Source of the DNA: an uncultured Planctomycetia bacterium | GTDB taxonomy: Bacteria; Omnitrophota; Gorgyraeia; 2-02-FULL-51-18; JAGOUK01 | Direction of reading: 5' to 3' | NCBI GenBank assembly: GCA_964430735.1 | Contig: CAYSFB010000003.1 | Coordinates: 2,039-66,038 of the forward strand | Length of the DNA: 64,000 nucleotides | Part shown: positions 31,314 to 40,107 of the stretch, piece by piece | Layout of the letters: each line of letters begins with the position of its first letter | Numbering within the stretch: position 1 is the first letter of the stretch | The notes under the pieces: generated by a model | Seen by the model: only the letters and a program-made list of their open reading frames with translations | Databases searched by the model: none | Told to the model about the DNA's origin: nothing | Translations under genes and position numbers: made by a program

Positions 31314-32774
31314 ATGCGTGGTTATGACGATTTAAAAAGCTGGGTGGCGGCGATGGAGCGGGCGGGGGAACTTGTGCGTGTGAAGGTCGAGGTCGACCCG
31401 ATCCTCGAAATCGCCGAAATCGCTGACCGGGAGTCCAAGAAGCCCAATGGCGGCAAGGCGCTTCTCTTTGAGAATGTGAAGGGCTCGAAGCTGCCGGTCC
31501 TCATCAACGCTTACGGGTCGTACGCGCGGACGGCGTTGGCGATGGGGCTTAAGGATTTTTCGGAGGTCGGGACGATGGTCGGCCGGCTCCTCAATGAGGA
31601 AGTGCTGCAGCAGGGCTGGGTCGAGAAGTTCAAGATGGCCGGTGAGCTCGCGAAGGTCGCGATGGTGTTTCCCAAAGTCGTCGGGTCGGGGCCGTGTCAG
31701 GAGATCGTGCTCACGGGCGATCAGGTTGACCTGGGGCTGCTTCCGATCATTCAGTGCTGGCCGAAGGACGCCAACCGATTCATTACATTTCCGTCGGTGA
31801 TCACGAAGGATCCGGAGACGGGCAAGCGCAATGTGGGCATGTACCGGATGCAGGTTTTTGACAAGAAAACGACCGGGATGCACTGGCAGACGCAAAAAGA
31901 CAGCGCGATCCATTCGGCCAAGAGTCGGATGCGGTCCAAGCGGCTTGAGGTCGCGGTTGTGATCGGGGCGGATCCGTCGGTGACATTCGCCGGCATCGTG
32001 CCGCTGCCGTTCGGCGTGGACGAATTTATGCTGGCGGGCTTCCTGCGCGGGAAGCGGCTGGACCTTGTGAAGTGCAAGACGATCGACCTCGAAGTGCCGG
32101 CGAACGCCGAGATCGTGCTCGAGGGGTTCGTTGATCCGGACGACTTGCGCGAAGAGGGGCCGTTTGGCGACCACACCGGCGTTTACACACCGGTCGAAAT
32201 GTTTCCTGCGTTCCACATCACGGCGATCACGATGCGGCGCGAACCCGTTTACATCACGACAATTGTGGGCAAACCCCCGATGGAGGACCTCTACATGGGC
32301 AAGGCAGTGGAACAGATCTTTTTGCCGGTGCTGAAGAAGCAGATCCCGGAGCTCGTGGACATGAACTTCTTCCAGGAAGGCACATTCAACAACGCGGTGA
32401 TCGTTAGTATCGACAAGCAGTACCCGTTCCAGGCGCGCAAGGTCGCGCACGCGATCTGGGGGCTCGGGCAGCTGAGTTACATGAAGGTCGTGATCATCGT
32501 CGACAAAACGGTGAACGTGCACGACGTGTCGGCGGTGGCGCTGGCCGTTTTCAATAATATTGATCCCAAGCGTGACTGCTTCTTCGTTGAGGGGCCGGTC
32601 GATACTTTGAATCACGCCGCGCCCGTGCGGGACTTCGGTTCCAAGATGGGCATCGACGCGACCGCCAAGTGGAAGGAAGAGGGTTACACGCGCGTCTGGC
32701 CCGACGAGATCGAAATGGACGAGGCCACCAAGGCCAAGGTCACGGCCCGCGCGGCCGAATACGGCATTCAGTAG
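31314..32774 (+). CDS. UbiD-family (prenylated-FMN dependent) decarboxylase, MqnL-like
   Basis: 486-aa UbiD-family architecture, adjacent to UbiA-like and UbiX-like genes. Confidence 0.8.
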   Translation: MRGYDDLKSWVAAMERAGELVRVKVEVDPILEIAEIADRESKKPNGGKALLFENVKGSKLPVLINAYGSYARTALAMGLKDFSEVGTMVGRLLNEEVLQQGWVEKFKMAGELAKVAMVFPKVVGSGPCQEIVLTGDQVDLGLLPIIQCWPKDANRFITFPSVITKDPETGKRNVGMYRMQVFDKKTTGMHWQTQKDSAIHSAKSRMRSKRLEVAVVIGADPSVTFAGIVPLPFGVDEFMLAGFLRGKRLDLVKCKTIDLEVPANAEIVLEGFVDPDDLREEGPFGDHTGVYTPVEMFPAFHITAITMRREPVYITTIVGKPPMEDLYMGKAVEQIFLPVLKKQIPELVDMNFFQEGTFNNAVIVSIDKQYPFQARKVAHAIWGLGQLSYMKVVIIVDKTVNVHDVSAVALAVFNNIDPKRDCFFVEGPVDTLNHAAPVRDFGSKMGIDATAKWKEEGYTRVWPDEIEMDEATKAKVTARAAEYGIQ

Positions 32775-32804
32775 CGCATTCCTCAAGAAAGATCCCGAGA
32801 CCCC

Positions 32805-33677
32805 ATGAGACCCTTTTTTGAAAAAAATCGCGTATTTCTGGAGATGATCAAGTTTGAGCATACGGTGTTTGCGCTGCCGTTTGCTTATCTGGGGTATGTG
32901 TTTGGGGCGGGCGGGGAGTTGGATTTGCGGGAGCTTCTGCTGATCACGATTATTATGGTCGCGGCGCGGACGGCGGGGATGTGTCTCAATCGGATTATTG
33001 ATATTCGGATCGATGCGAAGAATCCGCGGACGCAGCGGCGGGCGTTGGTGACGGGGGAGCTTAGTAAGAATTTTGCGATCGGGGCGTGTGCGGTGAGCTT
33101 CGTCGTGTTTATCGCGGCGGTGTTTCAGCTGCCGAAGATCTGTGTCGAACTGCTTCCGGTGGCGGTTGCGCTTCTGGTGGCTTACCACTTCATGAAGCGG
33201 TACACGATCCTGTGCCACTTCGGCGCGGGACTGGTGCTGGCTTGCGCGCCGATCGGCGGGTGGCTGGCGGCAACGGGGGTGATGGAGCCGGGGGCGATCG
33301 CGCTGGGGTTGGGTGTCATGTGCTGGGTGGCGGGGTTCGACATCTTCTACAGTCTGCAGGACGCGGACTTTGACCGGTCGGCGCGGCTCTACTCGATCCC
33401 GGCGCGGTACGGGGAGGAAACGGCCCTCAAAGCGGCTGTTTGGGCCCATGTGGGAGTTCTGATTTTATTCTCGGCGGTTGGTATAATGTTGCGGTCCAAC
33501 GGGGTGTATTGGGCGGCTTTGGGGCTTGCGGCGGCCATTCTCGGGATCGAGCACTTTTTGGTCCGGCAGGACCGCGCCAAGTATGTGAATACGGCTTTTT
33601 TTACGCTCAATGGGGTTCTCAGCATCGTTTTTTGCGGCATCGCGGCCTTCAGCATGCCGATCAAGTTCGCGCAGTAG
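32805..33677 (+). CDS. UbiA-family polyprenyltransferase (MqnP-like)
   Basis: Multi-TM protein with the NRIIDIRID aspartate-rich motif. Confidence 0.8.
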   Translation: MRPFFEKNRVFLEMIKFEHTVFALPFAYLGYVFGAGGELDLRELLLITIIMVAARTAGMCLNRIIDIRIDAKNPRTQRRALVTGELSKNFAIGACAVSFVVFIAAVFQLPKICVELLPVAVALLVAYHFMKRYTILCHFGAGLVLACAPIGGWLAATGVMEPGAIALGLGVMCWVAGFDIFYSLQDADFDRSARLYSIPARYGEETALKAAVWAHVGVLILFSAVGIMLRSNGVYWAALGLAAAILGIEHFLVRQDRAKYVNTAFFTLNGVLSIVFCGIAAFSMPIKFAQ

Positions 33678-33699
33678 CGGCAACCGAACGGTTTTTTTC

Positions 33700-34311
33700 A
33701 TGAAGCACATTATTTTTGCCGTGACGGGCGGGTCGGGGGCGCCGATCGCCCAGAGGACGCTTGAGCTTTTGCTGGCGGCGGAGGATGTGCGGGTCACGAT
33801 GCTGATGAGCGATTACGCGCGCGACGTCTGGCGCGCCGAGAACGGGATCGACCTCGGTAAGACTCAAGGCGACCTCGCGGCGGGCCTCGCCAAACACTTT
33901 ACGCTGAACAGCCGGTTCGAGCTCATGGAAATTCGGAACATGGCCGCGCGCGTGTCGTCCGGTTCCGTGCAGAACGAAGGCATGATTATCGCGCCGTGCA
34001 GCATGTCGACGCTGGGCACGATCGCCAATGGGATCACGATGAACCTCATCCACCGCGCGGCGAACGTGATGCTCAAGGAAAAGCGGCAGCTCATTCTGGT
34101 CCCGCGCGAGAGCCCGTACAGCCCCATCCATCTCAAGAACATGCTGGAGCTGGCGCAGTGCGGCGCGCATATCGTCCCGGCGACGACGGCGTTTTACCAC
34201 CAGCCGAAGACGGTGGGGGACATGGTCGACTTCGTCGTGATGAAAGTTCTCGACCTGGCGGGCGTCGCCCACGGGCTCGACAAACGCTGGAAAGGCATCG
34301 AAACCGACTAA
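33700..34311 (+). CDS. ubiX: Flavin prenyltransferase UbiX
   Basis: MKHIIFAVTGGSGAPIA...; ~200 aa flavoprotein fold. Confidence 0.85.
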   Translation: MKHIIFAVTGGSGAPIAQRTLELLLAAEDVRVTMLMSDYARDVWRAENGIDLGKTQGDLAAGLAKHFTLNSRFELMEIRNMAARVSSGSVQNEGMIIAPCSMSTLGTIANGITMNLIHRAANVMLKEKRQLILVPRESPYSPIHLKNMLELAQCGAHIVPATTAFYHQPKTVGDMVDFVVMKVLDLAGVAHGLDKRWKGIETD

Positions 34312-34332
34312 CATGCAGGACTTCAGCTAAAC

Positions 34333-35427
34333 ATGCAGGTCATCCAGGAATTCACCGACATCTGGGCCAAGGTCCAGGCAGGCACCCCGCTCACGCGCGA
34401 AGACGGCTACCGCCTCATCAAATCCACGAACCTGGCCGAGCTCGGCTACATGGCCGATTACGTCCGCCGGAAAAAGCACGGCAAGAAGACCTACTTCACC
34501 CATTCGATCAACGTGAATTACACGAACCTGTGCGTGCTGACGTGCAAGTTCTGCGCTTTTTCGCGGACGAAGAAGGATCCGGATCATTACACGTGGACCG
34601 TGGACGAGATCACCAACAAGGTCCGCAACGCCGCCAAGAAGGGCGTCTGGGAAGTCCACATCGTCGGCGGGCTTCACCCCGACAAGCGCATGGATTACTA
34701 CGAAGACATGTGCCGCAGCATCAAGGCGGCCTGCCCGGGCGTCCTCATCCAGGGCTTCACGGCGGTCGAGCTCGACCTGTTCGCGCGGCAGAACAAGATC
34801 GACGTGCGCGAAGTCCTCACGCGCCTCAAGGCGGCGGGCCTCGGCGGCGTGCCGGGCGGCGGGGCGGAGATTTTTGCGGAAAAAGTGCGCAAGGAGATCT
34901 GCGGGACCAAGATCACCGGCAAACGCTGGCTCGAAGTTCACGAAGTCGCGCATGAAGTCGGCTTCCGGACCAACGCGACCATGCTCTACGGCCACATCGA
35001 AAGCCCCGAGGACCGCGTGGACCACATGATGGACCTGCGCGACCTGCAGGACAAAACGGGCGGCTTCCTGGCCTTCGTGCCGCTGGCCTACCTCCCGGAA
35101 AACAACGAGCTTCAATGCCCGCGCACCACGGGGATCACCGACCTGCAGGTGCTGACCGTGTCGCGCCTGCTCCTCCACAACTTCGACCACATCCGCCAGC
35201 TCTGGAACTACGTCGACAAAAAGCTCATCCAGGCCGCCCTCTACTTCGGTGTGGACGACCTCGGCGGAACCAACTACGACGAGACGATCGCGCGCGAAGC
35301 CGGCTGTCATGAGTCGGGCTTTACCCACGGCGAGCTGATGGACCTCATCCGCCGCACGGGGCACGAGCCGGTCGAATCCAATTCCATCTATTCCGAACTG
35401 CGCAAGGACGAGCTCGTCGCAGCTTAA
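34333..35427 (+). CDS. Radical SAM menaquinone biosynthesis enzyme, MqnE/MqnC family
   Basis: CxxxCxxC (CKFCAF) and MqnC/MqnE-type conservation; the two paralogs cannot be assigned from sequence alone. Confidence 0.75.
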   Translation: MQVIQEFTDIWAKVQAGTPLTREDGYRLIKSTNLAELGYMADYVRRKKHGKKTYFTHSINVNYTNLCVLTCKFCAFSRTKKDPDHYTWTVDEITNKVRNAAKKGVWEVHIVGGLHPDKRMDYYEDMCRSIKAACPGVLIQGFTAVELDLFARQNKIDVREVLTRLKAAGLGGVPGGGAEIFAEKVRKEICGTKITGKRWLEVHEVAHEVGFRTNATMLYGHIESPEDRVDHMMDLRDLQDKTGGFLAFVPLAYLPENNELQCPRTTGITDLQVLTVSRLLLHNFDHIRQLWNYVDKKLIQAALYFGVDDLGGTNYDETIAREAGCHESGFTHGELMDLIRRTGHEPVESNSIYSELRKDELVAA

Positions 35428-35430
35428 CCG

Positions 35431-36318
35431 ATGACCCCGACCCCCAAGACCCTGCGGCTCGGCTCGATCGCGTACATCAATTCGCTGCCGGTCGACCTGG
35501 GGATCCTGAAGGGCGCGGTCGATCCGGGTCCGGATGTCACCATCATCCCGGACGTTCCGAGCGGCCTTAATGCGCACGTGATCGCCGGCCGGTTGGACAT
35601 CACTCCCGTTTCTGCGCTTCATTACGCCGACAACGCCGACAGCCTGGTCCTTTTGCCGGACCTTTCCGTGAGCTCCGAGAGCGGCGTGCAGAGCGTGCTG
35701 TTGTTTTCGAAGCGGCCGATCCTTGAGATCGGGCGCGCCCCGATCCGCATGACCGATCAGGGGAGGACGACGCCGGCTCTTTTGAGGATTTTGCTCGAGA
35801 AGCGCTACGGGCTCAAGCCCCTGTACCTACTCGGGCCCTCGACCTCGGACCTGTCGACGGTCCTGGACGACGCGATCCTGCTCATCGGCGACGACGCGCT
35901 GCGCGCGGCGGATTCGCCCGAGGCCGCCGGATGGCAGGTGACCGACCTCGCTCAGGAGTGGCAGGCCTGGACCGGCCGCCCGTTCGTGTTCGCGGTCTGG
36001 ACCGCGCGCCGCGACTTCTGGCAGAAGCATCCCGACGACGTGCTGCGCGTACTCGCGGCGCTGCTTAAAAGCCGCCGGTGGGCCGCGGAGCATGAGTGGG
36101 AGCTGATCGACGAAGCCGAGCTTCGCAGCGGCCTCAAGCCCGACCGGCTGCGGCGCTACTACAAGGAGCTGCGGTTCGACATGGACGTGACGCTCGTGAA
36201 GGGGATGATGCAATATTTTGATATGGCGGCGCAGTTCGGGATCCTCCGCAAGGCCCCGAAGCTGGAATGGCTGCCGGCAGGACTGGCAACGCAACAAGGA
36301 GCGACGACGCATGGTTAA
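35431..36318 (+). CDS. MqnA/MqnD-family protein (chorismate dehydratase or 1,4-dihydroxy-6-naphthoate synthase)
   Basis: LRLGSIAYINSLPV N-terminus typical of the family. Confidence 0.7.
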   Translation: MTPTPKTLRLGSIAYINSLPVDLGILKGAVDPGPDVTIIPDVPSGLNAHVIAGRLDITPVSALHYADNADSLVLLPDLSVSSESGVQSVLLFSKRPILEIGRAPIRMTDQGRTTPALLRILLEKRYGLKPLYLLGPSTSDLSTVLDDAILLIGDDALRAADSPEAAGWQVTDLAQEWQAWTGRPFVFAVWTARRDFWQKHPDDVLRVLAALLKSRRWAAEHEWELIDEAELRSGLKPDRLRRYYKELRFDMDVTLVKGMMQYFDMAAQFGILRKAPKLEWLPAGLATQQGATTHG

Positions 36319-37420
36319 CGCACGGCAAGAAGTGGAACGACTGCTCGACAAGGCCGAATCCGGCCAGCGGATCACGACGGCGGAAGGGGAGCTCCTCTTC
36401 ACCGAAGCCAATCTTTTTGAGCTCGGCGCCGTCGCCGAGCGCCTGAAGCACCGGCGCGTTCCGGGTTCCGACAAGCAGGCGACTTTCGTCGTCGACCGGA
36501 ACATTAACTACACGAATTACTGCAACTCGCTCTGCAAGTTCTGCGCCTTCTACCGCATCCCCGGCGACACCAAAGAGGGCTATGTCCGCGGCATCGACGA
36601 AATCTTCCAGAAGATCGACGAACTCGTCGCCATCGGCGGCACCCAGGTCCTCATGCAGGGCGGCCACAACCCCGACCTCGGAATCGAGTACTACGAGGAC
36701 CTGATCTCGAAGGTGCATGCGAAGTTTCCGCAGGTGATCATCCACTCGCTGTCGGCCTCGGAGATCTGCCACATCGCCAAGACCTCCAACATCAGCCGCA
36801 AGGAAGCGCTCGAGCGCGTCCGCGCAGCCGGCATGGAATCGCTCCCCGGCGGGGGTGCCGAGATTCTCGTCGACCGCGTCCGCAACCGCATCAGCCCCTT
36901 GAAGACGAAGACCGCCGACTGGGTCGACGTCCACCGCACGGCCCACCAGCTCGGCATGAAGGGCACCGCCACGATGGTCTACGGCTTCGACGAAACGATC
37001 GCCGAGCGCATGGAGCACTTCGAAGTGGTCCGCAAGCTCCAGGACGAAACGGGCGGCTTCCGCGCCTTCATCCCCTGGAGCTTCATCTCCGAATCCACGG
37101 AAATGGACCTCCCGCACCGCACCGGTGACGAATACCTCCGTATGCTCGCTATCAGCCGCATCATGCTCGATAACATCCAGCATCTCCAGGCAGGTTTTGT
37201 GACCGAAGGGGAAAAGCTCGCCCAAGCCGCCCTGAGCTTCGGCGCGGACGACTTCGGCGGGATCCTCATGGAGGAGAACGTGGTGACCGCGACGGGATTG
37301 GAGTTTAAGGGATTCCCGAAAGAAGAGGCGGTTAGGCAGATTCGGGAGGCGGGTAAGATACCTATACAACGTAATACTAGATACGAGTTAGTGCAAGCAT
37401 TTCTCGATTTACTCAATTAA
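36311..37420 (+). CDS. Radical SAM menaquinone biosynthesis enzyme, MqnC/MqnE family (3' end AT-rich and chimeric)
   Basis: CNSLCKFCAF cluster; paralog of the gene at 34333. Its last ~22 codons (37355-37420) have island-like low GC. Confidence 0.75.
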   Translation: MVNARQEVERLLDKAESGQRITTAEGELLFTEANLFELGAVAERLKHRRVPGSDKQATFVVDRNINYTNYCNSLCKFCAFYRIPGDTKEGYVRGIDEIFQKIDELVAIGGTQVLMQGGHNPDLGIEYYEDLISKVHAKFPQVIIHSLSASEICHIAKTSNISRKEALERVRAAGMESLPGGGAEILVDRVRNRISPLKTKTADWVDVHRTAHQLGMKGTATMVYGFDETIAERMEHFEVVRKLQDETGGFRAFIPWSFISESTEMDLPHRTGDEYLRMLAISRIMLDNIQHLQAGFVTEGEKLAQAALSFGADDFGGILMEENVVTATGLEFKGFPKEEAVRQIREAGKIPIQRNTRYELVQAFLDLLN

Positions 37421-37422
37421 TT

Positions 37423-39420
37423 ATGAAAATGTTGAATGATGATGTTCGTCCGGGTTTTCATCGAGCGTTCAACTCGGTTGATTATACGGAGAGCGAACAA
37501 CTAATCTTACGTAAATTATCCCAAGAATGGTACATAACGAAATCAGGCACTCCGATTAACTTGGGAGCCTCCAGTTACAGATATTTCTTTATGAAGCCCA
37601 CGGCGATTTTTTCTGAGATGTTCAATATTGATAGAGAAATCGTCTGCATTTTCAGCCCATACACTCATTTTGAACCAAGAACATTAGACGCCTTTGATGA
37701 AGCGGTAGCGAAATCCCCTCAATTACGGTTAGAAAGCGTATGCCGCGTTTTAATAAGTGCAACTGAGAGCATTGAACAAAAAATTGAAGACTTGATCAAA
37801 TCCGATCCTGAGCAGCCTGTTGTAATTCCTTTCTCATACAAAGAATTGTTGGATACTAAAGACCCTTACTTTATCCGCAATCGATTTCGCAGACACTTTT
37901 ACTCAAGAGATTTGTTTGCTTTTTCTTCACCCCTCAAGAAAGATTTGTACTTTTTTGGGCGCAACCCACTCGTCCATGATCTTGTTAACAGACACAGATC
38001 TGGCGAGCATGCCGGATTGTTCGGTCTCCGTAAGAGTGGTAAAACTTCTATCATCTACGCAATCGAGCGATTGATGAGCGCAAATGATGAAGTGTATGTG
38101 TCGATCGATTGCGAGAGCCCGTCCATTCACAGGCTTCGCTGGTATGAGTTGCTGCATAAAATCGTTGCTAAGTATCACGCTACTAGAGATTCAAAAATAA
38201 GCTTGCGGCCTATGCAAGAATATACAGAGAAAATGGCTGCCGAGTTATTTGAATCCGAGATATTAGCTATTTACGGGTCAAAAAAGCGCAAAAGATCTCT
38301 ATTTGTTTTTGATGAAATAGAGCACATATCACCCGACACAGGCTCTTCAGAACATTGGAAATCAAATGAAGATTTTGTGCTTTTTTGGCAATCCATGCGA
38401 GCATTTCATCAGCGCCATAGTGAAGTTATGACTTATATGCTCGTTGGCACCAATCCGTCAGCAGTTGAACGGGCGAAGTTATGTGGAGGGGATAATCCGT
38501 TATTTGGTTCCATTCCTGTCCAGTATGTGCCGAGTTTTACCTATGAGCAAGTGCGCGAAATGGTTAGAAAACTTGGTAGGTATATGGGGATAAAGTTTGA
38601 TGAGATGGTATTTGCCAAAATTGCCGAAGAATGGGGTGGTCACCCTTTTTTGATCAGGCAATTTTGTAGCAAGATTAATAGTGCATGCACAGGGGATCGG
38701 CCGATAAACGTTGATAGGGCCATGTATGAATCGGTAAAGAGATCATTCGCTGAATCAGCCGATGATTATCTAGAGTCTATCGTCCAAGTCTTACACGATT
38801 GGTATCGGGATGAATATGACATGTTGATGTTTTTGGCGATGAATGATCACGAGACATTCAAGAAATTCGCCACAGACCACAATCTCTACACGCGCCATTT
38901 GTTGGGATATGGACTTATACAGCAAAGTGAACACGGCTTCACTTTTATAATTAGCTCGCTTCGAGAGCATCTCGCCAAAAAGCATAAATTCAAAAAATTA
39001 AACATGACTACTCAAGAAATGGTCGATGAATGCTCTGCTCGTCGAAATCAGCTTGAAAAGTCCTTAAGATTGCTTACGAAAAGACTAATGAAGTTGGAGT
39101 ATGGAGATAAAGCGGTCGAGGTGCTGTTGGGAGCAATCCCAGGCGAAAGAAGAGAAAAAATGCGTGGTATGACTATAGAGCAATTAACGAACTCAGATTC
39201 TTGTCCTCTATATTTTTCAGATTTGACCGCCCTACTTAAGAGGGAGTGGAAAATATTTGGAAAAATCTTCTCATTCGATTGTGAAAGAATGTCAGTCATG
39301 ATGGCTGATATAAATCGATATGCTAGACCTGACGCGCATGCAAAGAACATAAAAAAGGAAGATTTTGATCTGGTGCGTAATTATTTTGAGCGGATTGAAA
39401 AAGCCATATCCGATTGGTAG
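37423..39420 (+). CDS. Island-encoded P-loop AAA+/STAND-type NTPase with a C-terminal R-x6-H (HEPN-like) motif; candidate defense protein
   Basis: Low-GC codon usage. FFGRNPLVHDLVNRHRSGEHAGLFGLRKSGKTS (Walker A, nt ~38023-38049), LFVFDEIEH (Walker B, ~38299-38325), C-terminal RYARPDAHAK (~39316-39345). Resembles the Orc1/archaeal-ATPase (PF01637-like) signature. Confidence 0.6.
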   Translation: MKMLNDDVRPGFHRAFNSVDYTESEQLILRKLSQEWYITKSGTPINLGASSYRYFFMKPTAIFSEMFNIDREIVCIFSPYTHFEPRTLDAFDEAVAKSPQLRLESVCRVLISATESIEQKIEDLIKSDPEQPVVIPFSYKELLDTKDPYFIRNRFRRHFYSRDLFAFSSPLKKDLYFFGRNPLVHDLVNRHRSGEHAGLFGLRKSGKTSIIYAIERLMSANDEVYVSIDCESPSIHRLRWYELLHKIVAKYHATRDSKISLRPMQEYTEKMAAELFESEILAIYGSKKRKRSLFVFDEIEHISPDTGSSEHWKSNEDFVLFWQSMRAFHQRHSEVMTYMLVGTNPSAVERAKLCGGDNPLFGSIPVQYVPSFTYEQVREMVRKLGRYMGIKFDEMVFAKIAEEWGGHPFLIRQFCSKINSACTGDRPINVDRAMYESVKRSFAESADDYLESIVQVLHDWYRDEYDMLMFLAMNDHETFKKFATDHNLYTRHLLGYGLIQQSEHGFTFIISSLREHLAKKHKFKKLNMTTQEMVDECSARRNQLEKSLRLLTKRLMKLEYGDKAVEVLLGAIPGERREKMRGMTIEQLTNSDSCPLYFSDLTALLKREWKIFGKIFSFDCERMSVMMADINRYARPDAHAKNIKKEDFDLVRNYFERIEKAISDW

Positions 39421-39435
39421 TTTTTTGAAAGAAAA

Positions 39436-40101
39436 GTGAAAGAATTAATATTTGGACCTGGAGGTTTGATTTTATTGGGCGCTTTGCTGAGCGCGAGCGG
39501 CGCGCTTTGGGCTGGTCATCGGCAGCAAATATTCGATAGTGATATTCACTTAAAAAATCAGCAGCTTTTGTCAAAAAGTGACGAGATAGCACGAATGCAA
39601 GAGACCATTCGGCTCTCTGTAACGGGATCGGGTTACTGTTTCATTGCCCTCACAAATCTCAATCGTACCACCAATGAACAGAATGTAATGCTTATGAATC
39701 CCGGCGGGTACCCTCTTTATGATGTCGGAATTCGCGTAGTTGATTTGAAGAAGTGGGAAGATTTGGCAAAGGGCGGATCTATTAATTACGAGTCAATGAG
39801 AGCTGCCGAAACAATTTATCAATTTGGTGAATTAGGTCCGGAAAGAGTTTTGGATATAGGCAAATGGGATTTGGGGGATTCTGATGCGAGAGATTTTAAT
39901 ATTTTTATATCAAGTCGGAGCGGTTTTATATCGGAGCGTCTCCGGCTCAGAAGGGTCGAAGGCGAATGGGTTGCGGCCACTCAAGTCGTTAAGGGTAATA
40001 CGACAATTAAAGATAACGTGATTCAATTGGAGGGCGAAATTTTACACGAGACTATTCATGACAAATTCCCTCGAAATGCATCTGGCGTGGTTGATTGGTA
40101 A
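39436..40101 (+). CDS. Island-encoded hypothetical protein with an N-terminal transmembrane anchor
   Basis: GTG start; LIFGPGGLILLGALLSASGALWAG helix, then a ~190-aa soluble domain with no recognisable motif; same low GC as the ATPase gene. Confidence 0.5.
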   Translation: MKELIFGPGGLILLGALLSASGALWAGHRQQIFDSDIHLKNQQLLSKSDEIARMQETIRLSVTGSGYCFIALTNLNRTTNEQNVMLMNPGGYPLYDVGIRVVDLKKWEDLAKGGSINYESMRAAETIYQFGELGPERVLDIGKWDLGDSDARDFNIFISSRSGFISERLRLRRVEGEWVAATQVVKGNTTIKDNVIQLEGEILHETIHDKFPRNASGVVDW

Positions 40102-40107
40102 GCATAT

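Noticed and set aside
31332-33449. 705-aa - strand ORF antisense to the UbiD-like and UbiA-like genes
   Set aside because: Low-complexity Arg/Pro/His-rich translation typical of GC-rich antisense frames. The sense-strand genes are well supported.
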